Virus record (IMG/VR): IMGVR_UViG_2531839448_000004
Length of the DNA: 48,406 bases
Direction: 5' to 3' (one strand)
Source: a virus
Lineage: Duplodnaviria; Heunggongvirae; Uroviricota; Caudoviricetes
Shown here piece after piece: positions 40,001-48,001 of this stretch. Position numbers and translations under genes: made by a program. The stretch's first letter is position 1, and each line of letters begins with the position of its first letter. The notes beneath the pieces were generated by a model. The model made no database searches. It was not told the origin of the DNA and saw nothing but the letters and a program-made list of their open reading frames with translations.

Positions 40001-40317
40001 TTGCACAGGAAGTAATGGAGGCGATACCAGAAGCTGTGGGATCGTTTACTCATTATGGTGAAGAGTTGCAAGGTCCGACCGTTGACGGCAACGAGCTACG
40101 CGAAGAAACTCGCTATCTTAATGTTGACTACTCCGCCGTGACGGGTTTACTTGTTCAGGTCGCCCGTGAAACAGATGATCGCGTTACCGCGCTGGAAGAG
40201 GAAAACACAACGCTACGTCAAAATCTGGCAACAGCAGGCACCCGGATCAGCACTCTGGAAAATCAGGTAAGCGAACTGGTTGCACTTGTCCGGCAGTTAA
40301 CAGGAAGCGAACATTGA
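37042..40317 (+). CDS. Side tail fibre protein with Ala/Ser-rich repeat collar and C-terminal intramolecular-chaperone (S74-like) domain
   Basis: N-terminus MAVKISGVLKDGAGKPVQNCTIQLKAKRNSTTVV...; C-terminal ...DRDLKDDILVISDATKAIRKMNGYTYTLKENGMPYAGVIAQEV... is chaperone-domain-like. Confidence 0.85.
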   Translation: MAVKISGVLKDGAGKPVQNCTIQLKAKRNSTTVVVNTLASENPDEAGRYSMDVEYGQYSVILLVEGFPPSHAGTITVYEDSRPGTLNDFLGAMTEDDARPEALRRFELMVEEVARNASVVAQNTAAAKKSASDASTSAREAATHATDAAGSARAASTSAGQAASSAQSASSSAGTASTKASEASKSAAAAESSKSAAATSAGAAKTSETNAAASQQSAATSASTATTKASEAATSARDAAASKEAAKSSETNASSSASSAASSATAAGNSAKAAKTSETNADNSAQAAAASQTASANSATAAKKSETNAKNSEAAAKSSETNAKASETNAKSSETNAAKSAADALNYRNQAQVIVGDNIGLGSAPRDCPDISGNPSGYIGFMRIMSNAKGFPSIASGESSLTGFISQVDGTPAYTGVFQGWATRSLYTYRWNPTIGPQWTRHARKDEVDRLTQLTGNTRVYCQNASKFFGIYDSGTWGYYDAENSEWIPLSIAAGGTGAATIDGARTNLGLGRNNSPQLNSLFLDRYSDSTNTYTSSGILHTRLLATDSTVRLGADMYVETLSNEPGQLTIRFTYDGSTGASKYLNLNSEGNLIVDSAILRSTVEKPLQIRSANPAIRFNETDRPANTPTYTLIANAGDWFIQKRDYDDAGSVSNAIAYNFANDRIDVQNLKASGLITANSGIATLTGHDWNSQHTDNVDKFRPIAGSTNGPAGSMVLGGIHVQFSKNYAVQFGGRNSGFWGRTIENGTTQEWKKLLTVDDLNSSTDLAVRSLTTSNPVKSGGGRIDVLGSTSDYSKMDCFVRGFDSTGNSLAWALGSSVGVSKMLSLKNFFSGAEILLNGNDGAVQLKTGAVNGAKAQALTINKDEVNSTVDLTLTKQTGTGNRFVLQNLGNTELSFAAKVWGSSDRQNVFEVGTSAAYLFYAQKTSAGQLFDVNGAINCTTLNQSSDRDLKDDILVISDATKAIRKMNGYTYTLKENGMPYAGVIAQEVMEAIPEAVGSFTHYGEELQGPTVDGNELREETRYLNVDYSAVTGLLVQVARETDDRVTALEEENTTLRQNLATAGTRISTLENQVSELVALVRQLTGSEH
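37600..38060 (+). repeat. In-frame tandem repeats encoding reiterated A-K-(S/T)-S-E-T-N-A motifs within the tail-fibre gene
   Basis: Repeated peptide units AAKTSETNAAAS, AKSSETNASSSAS, AKTSETNADNSAQ, KKSETNAKNSEAAAKSSETNAKASETNAKSSETNAAKSA. Confidence 0.8.
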
Positions 40318-40353
40318 TATCCTTCAAGCCCTGAAGGAGGCTGTTCCTGGTAC

Positions 40354-40488
40354 GTTCAGACTGTTGCTGAGCTGGAGATCGCAACGGAGGAAGAGAAAGC
40401 GTTTCTGGCCGCATGGAAAACATATCGGGTATTGCTGAACCGTGTTGATACAGTAAACCCCGTCTGGCCTCCACCTTCGAAGCGATAG
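40354..40488 (+). pseudogene. Tail-fibre assembly (Tfa) C-terminal remnant
   Basis: Reads [43 protein letters not shown], resembling conserved Tfa C-termini; no start codon and no N-terminal part; in frame directly after the stf stop. Confidence 0.6.
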
Positions 40489-40792
40489 CCCAGCAACTCC
40501 TAAATAGCTGCGCATAATACCGCTACACCTGCCGTTTTACTGACATTTGGAATATTGCGTGAGGGCAACATATCGAGGGGCAGATACAGCTCGGTCAAAT
40601 AGAAAAACAGCCCCACTATTTACCATGCAATAGCTGGTCAAAAGGAGAGCACTATTCCGCTCCGCGTAGTATTTTGTGTTTATAGTGATAACTTAGGTAA
40701 TGCTTAGTCACTAAGATACTTTGCTATTGGAGAGCGATTTATAATGTGGGCGCAACAGATTTTTACTATTGCGCCACTTGCTCTTGTGAGTA

Positions 40793-41881
40793 CTATTCGC
40801 TATAAGTTAATGTTGGTTTTGAAAGTCTTTTGGATATTGTTTTTCCGATATTAATGAATGGAGTTTCAATATATTTATAAATAAAGAATGATAAGAACAA
40901 GCTAAGAGCAATAATGAATGAAAACTTAGAGAACCCAGGTTTTTCATAAAGCGGAATGAAATCCTTAAAATTAATTAAAAATAGCATTACTATCGCATGG
41001 GATAAATACAGAGAGTAAGAGATATCACCTAGCTTACTGAGTATTTTATTTTCCCTTAATCCGAAGTTAACTTCATAAAGTAAAACTCCCGTAATTATGG
41101 AGGCTGCCCACAATCCGAAGTTTAAAGGGCCATGACCAAATCTGAATTGATAAAAATATGAGCAAACACCAAATGAAACCAAAAGGAATGATATCGCCTT
41201 TGCGTTTTTTATATATTTAAATTTTCTGTGTATTATATACAGAAACATCCCATAAACGAATTCTAACAGCATGGGTGATGACATTAAGTTTAGAAAGCCA
41301 ATATGCCAATGACCTGTATCACCAATCGTAAACTTACTTGATAGAGAAAGGCTGTTGGAAAATTTCAACTGTATGAGAAGTAGCGGGACTATCAATGCAA
41401 TAACTGATATTAATAATCTGTTTTTATGACTCAGCGATATTGCAAGCATAAAAATGAAATAAAAATAGACTTCAAAGGTTAATGTCCATGCTGGATAAAG
41501 CACGTTGTATCCGAAGAATGGCGCTTCTGAATAATAGTCCAGGTGAAGCAGAAACAATGAACGCAATAATTCACTTTCGGTGAAGACTGGGTTCAATAAA
41601 AAGAATAAGATTGTGCAAATGAAAAATACAGGGTAAATCCTGAAAAAACGCCTGGTCATAAAGTTAATAGGGGAATTTGTTTCTTTTTTTTGACTCGATA
41701 ACATTATTATAAATCCACTTATAATAAAAAACAGATCAACCCCAAAACCACCACTAATAAACAATAAATCACCTAGATCTTTTTGTGCGTAAACTTCATT
41801 TAGGTATTGTTTATTGTGATATGCAACAACGAGTAATGCTGCTACACCTCGCAAATAGTGAATTGATTTTACCTTCTTCAT
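40793..41881 (-). CDS. Acyltransferase-3 family membrane protein (OafA/Oac-like O-antigen acetyltransferase candidate)
   Basis: 362 aa, polytopic, markedly AT-rich; N-terminal YLRGVAALLVVAYH motif typical of acyltransferase-3 proteins. Confidence 0.75.
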   Translation of the reverse strand: MKKVKSIHYLRGVAALLVVAYHNKQYLNEVYAQKDLGDLLFISGGFGVDLFFIISGFIIMLSSQKKETNSPINFMTRRFFRIYPVFFICTILFFLLNPVFTESELLRSLFLLHLDYYSEAPFFGYNVLYPAWTLTFEVYFYFIFMLAISLSHKNRLLISVIALIVPLLLIQLKFSNSLSLSSKFTIGDTGHWHIGFLNLMSSPMLLEFVYGMFLYIIHRKFKYIKNAKAISFLLVSFGVCSYFYQFRFGHGPLNFGLWAASIITGVLLYEVNFGLRENKILSKLGDISYSLYLSHAIVMLFLINFKDFIPLYEKPGFSKFSFIIALSLFLSFFIYKYIETPFINIGKTISKRLSKPTLTYSE

Positions 41882-42319
41882 TTTTATATAATCACTGTTC
41901 CAATTTTTTTATTTTACAAACAATTCTATCTAGCTCATTAGTACTCAAAGTCAGATTGGTAGCAATAAAAAAACAAGATATGTGATGACATGGCGCGGGG
42001 CTCAGAACCACTCGTGTATTTTCGCCACTGGCTATGACTGGCTGCACCTGCAAGATCTGCCATTTGTGTGCCAGTATACCCAAGCTCTGACTTTATGTTT
42101 ACCAGATCCTCTGGAGTGCCGGGGAGTATAATCGTTGATTAATCGAATCTGCAACTATTTCAGAACGACCTAGGTTAAAGTGCGCTCTGCAGTCTCTTAT
42201 ATAAGGTGATACTTTAATTGTCTGGAAACTGGACAGGTTAGGAAGGAGCAGGAAACATCTTATTATACTTACCGAGTAGCTGCGGGTAAGGGGGGGATTT
42301 CCGTAGCCTGACAGGTAAC

Positions 42320-42594
42320 ATTGACACGTCAACATCGATGGTTTTTTTTATTTTTCCATGTGATGGAGCCCTGGTTGAAATGAAGCGTGAACTGATTGAT
42401 GACTGAACAAAAGTTGGACTGGAAGATGCTCGCGCACAGGGAGGAATTGGTGGACGTCGTCCTAAACTTACATCAGAACAATGGGCGCAGGCCGGGCGAT
42501 TAATTGCATCAAAAGTCCCGCGTCAGAAGGTGGCGATCATCTATGATATTGGTGTATCGACTTTGTATAAGAGGTTTCCAGCCAGGATTATATA
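42320..42594 (+). pseudogene. Decayed C-terminal fragment of a Pin/Hin-family serine DNA invertase
   Basis: Frames give ...GALVEMKRELIDD* then ...GGIGGRRPKLTSEQWAQAGRLIASKVPRQKVAIIYDIGVSTLYKRFPARII*, matching the invertase C-terminal HTH region, with in-frame stops and frame changes; catalytic N-terminus absent. Confidence 0.65.
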
Positions 42595-42918
42595 AAACTG
42601 CAGACACGCCGTATGCAAGACGTGCTGCGGTTGGTTGATGCACTTTCGAGAGTGTATGTATTGAATAATTTCCAACCGTCATTAATTTTATTTATTTTTT
42701 GCATGAGAGGATTTGAACCTCCGAGCCTCGACACCTTATGACAACGCGATATTCCCTTGATGACCGCTATGCGCCAAAATAACCAATTGATAAATAAGTT
42801 GATTTTAATTGGTTGGAAGCAAGTCAGGTCAAATTCAGCATGCCGCTCTCTGTATCGGGTAGTTAAATTTTTCTATAACTGATAGTAATATGTTAAAACT
42901 CACACAGATAAATTATCA

Positions 42919-44901
42919 TTGCTCAACAAGTATAATGGAGTTCCCGTGGATACAGCAGAACATGATGGCAAATTTGCTTGGGCTAGTTTTTATGAGGCTT
43001 TTGCCAACGCGTTACTGACTTGGCGAAATCGTAGAGATGAATTAGTCAAAGGTATTCATCTAATTGCCTCAGGTGTGGAAGGAATGTCCCATCTGCAGGA
43101 CAAATCTATTATGGGAGAGATCTTTCCCTTAAAAGACATTTGTCCGTTTACTACTATGGGCTTGTTCAATCGTAACTTGACCGACAGCAATCGCAAAATT
43201 ATTGCTGCCAAGCTAGCGAATTTGTTGGGCGTGAACGAACCGATTCCTGACTCCTTTGCCGGAATCCCGCTGTTGAATAACCAAAAATCTTGGTTCTTTG
43301 GTTATGAAAAGTCACGCGACCCTAATGACATTGAATGCTTGTGGGAAATGTTCTCGCAGGCAATGACCTTTGCGGATAACCAGAATACTAACTCTGCAGA
43401 CTTCACTGCCGCATATGACATCGCTTCTACAGTAATGAATGTCGGTTGGAATCTCACCATGGGGTTGTACTGGACCCGTCCTTGGTTCTACCCTACTTTA
43501 GATAGCCAGTCGCAGTATTACATTCAGACAGTGTTAAACATTAAGATCATTAAAAACGGGGCAAAAGGTCGCTGTAGTGGACAAAGTTACCTGAGTCTTA
43601 TGCGGGCGCTGAACGAGGTCTTTACCCAACCAAACTATCCGGTTCATTCTTTCCCAGAACTTTCTTTATCAGCGTGGAATACAGATCTTAGCCAGTCTAA
43701 AGATGAGGTGGCAAATAGAACGTGGAAAGCCTCTTTACTGAATAAAATTAAGGCGTTATGCCTGAAAAAAAATGGCCCTTATTTCACTGCTTCGGAGTTG
43801 GAAGAAAACTACTTGGACGTATTCAAGGTAGAGCATCCTGAGAGCAAAACAGTTACAAGCTCAATCTACTTTTATCTACAGAAACTATGCAATGATGATG
43901 AGTTAAAGTCCCTTGAGTCCGGAAATTATGAATACCTGAATTTTGAGAAAAACGAATCCCAGACGATAACTGAGGAAACTGTCGAAGAGAGTGCGCCGTT
44001 GCCAAAACTCACTCACGTTCCTTATGACATCAGTCATCTGGTGCAGGATGGCTGTTTCTTGGAAGAGGCTAAGATCCAACTCACACTTCAGCGCCTGATC
44101 GACAAGAAAAACCTGATATTACAAGGACCACCCGGAACTGGAAAAACCTGGTTAGCGCGACGTCTGGCGTACTGCTTGATGGGAGAAAAAGCACCTGAGC
44201 GTATTAGCGCGGTGCAATTTCACCCGAACCTCTCTTACGAAGACTTTATTCGCGGCTGGCGTCCAGGTAAAGAAGGGCAATTGACGCTAATTGATGGACC
44301 TTTTGTAAATGCAATCAAAACTGCAGTCAATAATCCTACCTCGAAATATGTGGTGATAATTGAAGAGATTAATCGTGGCAATCCGGCGCAAATCTTCGGT
44401 GAAACACTCACGTTGATGGAAGCAGATAAACGCACGCCGACTGAGGCATTATCTCTTTCCTATCCTAAAAATGATGATGAAAAAATATACATTCCTGAGA
44501 ATCTATATATCATCGGTACGATGAATATTGCAGACCGCTCACTCGCACTACTTGACCTAGCGCTGCGCCGTCGTTTCGCGTTTATCGATCTAAAGCCAGC
44601 TTTTAATGACGCGTGGAGAAACTGGGTAAATTATAATTACGCAATTGATTTTGACATGTTAGCATTCATCAAATCTCGACTGACGGTACTTAACGATATG
44701 CTGGCAAAAGATGTTACCTTAGGACCACAGTTTTGTATCGGTCACAGCTATGTCACCCCAGCTATCGGCCAAAAAATCAACGATGCCCAGGCTTGGTATG
44801 AACAAGTCGTTGATACAGAGATCTGCCCTTTGCTCGCCGAATATTGGTTCGATGCTCCAAATAAAGTCGATGAAGCCAGAAAAGTGTTATTAGCAAAATG
44901 A
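42919..44901 (+). CDS. McrB-like AAA+ GTPase with a long (~400 aa) N-terminal region of unrecognised type; start codon uncertain (TTG 42919 or GTG 42946)
   Basis: C-terminal motifs LILQGPPGTGKTW, VVIIEEINRGNPAQIFGETLTLMEADKR, YIIGTMNIADRSLALLDLALRRRFAF match the McrB GTPase family; ATGA overlap with the downstream McrC-like gene. Confidence 0.75.
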   Translation: MLNKYNGVPVDTAEHDGKFAWASFYEAFANALLTWRNRRDELVKGIHLIASGVEGMSHLQDKSIMGEIFPLKDICPFTTMGLFNRNLTDSNRKIIAAKLANLLGVNEPIPDSFAGIPLLNNQKSWFFGYEKSRDPNDIECLWEMFSQAMTFADNQNTNSADFTAAYDIASTVMNVGWNLTMGLYWTRPWFYPTLDSQSQYYIQTVLNIKIIKNGAKGRCSGQSYLSLMRALNEVFTQPNYPVHSFPELSLSAWNTDLSQSKDEVANRTWKASLLNKIKALCLKKNGPYFTASELEENYLDVFKVEHPESKTVTSSIYFYLQKLCNDDELKSLESGNYEYLNFEKNESQTITEETVEESAPLPKLTHVPYDISHLVQDGCFLEEAKIQLTLQRLIDKKNLILQGPPGTGKTWLARRLAYCLMGEKAPERISAVQFHPNLSYEDFIRGWRPGKEGQLTLIDGPFVNAIKTAVNNPTSKYVVIIEEINRGNPAQIFGETLTLMEADKRTPTEALSLSYPKNDDEKIYIPENLYIIGTMNIADRSLALLDLALRRRFAFIDLKPAFNDAWRNWVNYNYAIDFDMLAFIKSRLTVLNDMLAKDVTLGPQFCIGHSYVTPAIGQKINDAQAWYEQVVDTEICPLLAEYWFDAPNKVDEARKVLLAK

Positions 44902-46018
44902 CGACAATAACCGGGAGTGAGCAACATACAGCATCACGTATTCCCATGCGAAATATCTGGATGCTGATGCTGTACGCTTCAGATCTGTTTCGTCAGTTAG
45001 GGCGCAATCAGATCGCAGTAGAAGATAACCCAGCAGAAATCCCCGACCTGGTGGCGACAATCCTCCTTCATGAGATTACGCTGCGCCGACGTCGCAATTT
45101 AAATATGGGATACCAAACTTGTCATGCGGCCCTGAACCGGGTGAGAGGGCGCATTGACATACTGTATACTGCCAGTCATCAACTACTGGAACGGGGACAG
45201 GTTGCCTGCCATTTTCAAGACATAACCCTCAACACCCCCCGAAATCGCTATGTTCGCTGTGCGTTAGAACGTCTGGCCTCAATCATAGTGAAACCGTCTT
45301 TGGCGGCAGATTGCCATTTTATGGCAATATCACTTCGCCGTGAGGGGATAAATGGAGGATATCCTGCCCCCACGAATTACCCTCAGTGTGGCGTTTTGGA
45401 CGCCATGATGCCGCAGATAAACCGATGGTCGATGCCGCACGATTAGCTTTTGAACTGCTGATGCCGACCGAAGATCAAGGCCAATATCTTTTACCTGCGC
45501 CCTCAAATAACCTTTACTGGATGAGAAGACTATTTGAAAAAGGTATCGCTGGCTTATATCGTGTACACCTTGCCAAAACAACTTGGCAGGTCTCTGCAGG
45601 GAAAGAGCTGAAATGGGCGTTGAGCGATCAAAGTGCAGGTAGTGCAGAGATTTTCCCGACAATGAAGTCAGACATTATTCTGGAACACAAGACTGCCCAG
45701 CGGCGTATTATTATCGATACCAAATTTAATTCGATTCTGACAAAGGGTTGGCATCGGGAGCAATCACTACGTAATGGCTATATTTATCAGCTATATACCT
45801 ACCTTAGAACACAGGAGAACAAGACGGATCCGCTTTCGCTCAATGCCGCTGGTCTTCTACTTCATCCAGCTGTTGGCTATATGCTTAATGAGTATGTTGT
45901 CACTCAGGGACATAAGATCCATTTTGCTACAGTAGATATGACGGTAGATGCTAAAGCAATTAAAAAACAATTGCTGGCAATAGCCCATGATTGTGCAGGA
46001 GTCGCGGTTGATGACTAA
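44898..46018 (+). CDS. McrC-like nuclease subunit, split into two frames (44898-45446 and from about 45344 to 46018)
   Basis: N-terminus ...IPMRNIWMLMLYAS... (McrC: IPVRNIYYMLTYAW); second frame carries the D-x-K nuclease core RIIIDTKF and YIYQLYTYL (McrC: ILIVDAKYY, NLYQLMNYL). Confidence 0.6.
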
Positions 46019-46715
46019 CCATCCTATAAGGCACTGGCTGTAATATAATCAATAGTTTCAATTAAGTAGCTGTTATCCGTGCTTAGTCATCATATGACGC
46101 ACCACGGTCTAATTTTCCTGCTCATACATTGATATATCCTTGTCGAGCCCGGAAAGTCGCAGTCCACTATTAGGTATACCGATTGCCAGCACCAAAAGCT
46201 TCTTTGTAATTATTATATCGGGGAATGCCTATTTTTTAGTGACAATATCAGATAGCAATTAATAAGCGGTGCCGGTAATGGATGTTATGTTTAATGTATA
46301 GATACAGTCATCATAAACTAAACGTCTGTTGTTCGCTCATAACCGACATTTATCTCAGTTATGGAAGATAATTATGTATGCAGATAATGGGGCAGACAGT
46401 CGTGGAGTAAACAAGGTTTTGCACTGATTGGCGGCATCGTTATCTTATTTTTAATTATGTGCCTCTTAACATAAGTTGGGACAAAACAGAGACACATAAG
46501 GTCTCACAAAGGTCTGCAAGGCCTCACATGTATTGAGGTGTTAATAAAATGTAGACTTGTAATTTGGATATAAATGGTAGAGAAAACCTTTCCCCAAAAT
46601 AAAAACGAACGTCAATGAAATCAAACGGTTGAATAAAGTTGATTTTGGCTAATAAAAAACAATAAAATATTTTTATGATTAAATATCAATGACTTGAACT
46701 TAATGTTTTTATATA

Positions 46716-46880
46716 CTGTTACGCCATATGGGTTGGACTGAAGCGGCTGACCTGATTGTTAAAGGTATGGAAGGCGCAATCAATGCCAAGACCGTAACCT
46801 ATGACTTCGAACGTCTGATGGAAGGCGCTAAATTGCTGAAATGTTCAGAGTTTGGTGACGCGATCATCAAGAATATGTAA
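46716..46880 (+). pseudogene. icdC: 3' fragment of isocitrate dehydrogenase gene icd (prophage attR duplication)
   Basis: Translation [54 protein letters not shown] matches the Icd C-terminus; no upstream icd sequence. Confidence 0.8.
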
Positions 46881-46903
46881 TCTCTCCATGTGTTAAATAT
46901 TGA

Positions 46904-46935
46904 AACGGGCGTATAACACGCCCGTTGTTTTATTT
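46904..46935 (+). terminator. icd-type intrinsic terminator
   Basis: AACGGGCGTataacACGCCCGTTgttttattt. Confidence 0.7.
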
Positions 46936-46982
46936 ATGTGGATATTATTAATAGCATATCGAGCATATTTATATAAAACCCT

Positions 46983-47306
46983 TTACTTGAGCCCATATGG
47001 GCATATTTTTATAATGCAACTATTATGCAAACATTTATTTGTTATTTTGCTTTCTCCTGGAGGACACTCTTGACTGCTTTTGAGTAGACTCCATAAATCC
47101 TTGTTGAATGGTGCGATGTTATAAATAGTAATAGGATATTCTTTATCTTTAAGGATAATACCAGATTTAACCGGTTTAAATATACTGCCAGGAGGGAGAA
47201 ATATAGTAGATTGATACCAGATGATCATTTTCATATCACCCCATATGACTGAAAAAGATATACCGCATGTAGGTTGAATTACCGTGTCAATTACTATCCA
47301 CTTCAT
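46983..47306 (-). CDS. iraM: IraM anti-adaptor protein (RpoS stabiliser)
   Basis: [107 protein letters not shown], 107 aa. Confidence 0.88.
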   Translation of the reverse strand: MKWIVIDTVIQPTCGISFSVIWGDMKMIIWYQSTIFLPPGSIFKPVKSGIILKDKEYPITIYNIAPFNKDLWSLLKSSQECPPGESKITNKCLHNSCIIKICPYGLK

Positions 47307-47744
47307 TTGTTATGTCTTATCCCACGGTATTTAATATAGTTCATTTGGATATTCATTTCTTTATTTTGCATATGAGTATATTACCCCTTCAAAAAATAAA
47401 TTAATTAAAACGATTGCTTATATAAAACAAAATTTAAAGCAAGGAATCTCAATGGATGTTAAACAAAATGAGATTTAGTGAAAACAATAAATTATTCACT
47501 TCGTTTTAGATTTGTTTAGCTATAATGTTATACATTCAAATGACTGAACATCCTGTAATTAAAACATAGCCTTTATGCTACTTGGTGCCAATTTGCTAAA
47601 CATTATGGTTGCTTTTTTATATAACGATAATAATGAATATAAGCATGACATGAGAATAAGGTTCCAATTTTTGAGTTATATAGGAAAGGTTTAACCTGTT
47701 CCTGGCTAAAATACATATAACTGGATGATGACTAAACCAAAACA

Positions 47745-47795
47745 CATGTGCGTTAAGTATTGAAACGGGCGTATGGCACACCCGTTGTTTTTATA
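47745..47795 (+). repeat. Second copy of the icd 3'-end/terminator sequence
   Basis: catgtgcgttaagtattgaaacgggcgtatggcacacccgttgttttta closely parallels 46888-46933 (catgtgttaaatattgaaacgggcgtataacacgcccgttgtttta). Confidence 0.7.
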
Positions 47796-48001
47796 AATAT
47801 ATTAACCGTTATAAAATAACGTATAGAAAGTCAAGTGATCACATTTCAAATATCAATTTGATAGTATTGGCCTGGTGATTATTTATGGGTAGCAATAAAA
47901 GGACAGTATTTATCATCCATAGGGATAGTCTCTGTACTTTTATTCCCATTATGCTAATGCCTTACTGAATTATGAAGCATTTCTTTAGTATCCAACTTTA
48001 G

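Noticed and set aside
42696-42750. tRNA-like 3' fragment on the minus strand (T-arm-like GGAGG-TTCAAAT-CCTCT plus an acceptor-like tail)
   Set aside because: No CCA end, no D-arm or anticodon arm could be folded, and the T-stem needs a wobble pair. It may be a relic attachment-site fragment but is not supportable as a tRNA gene.
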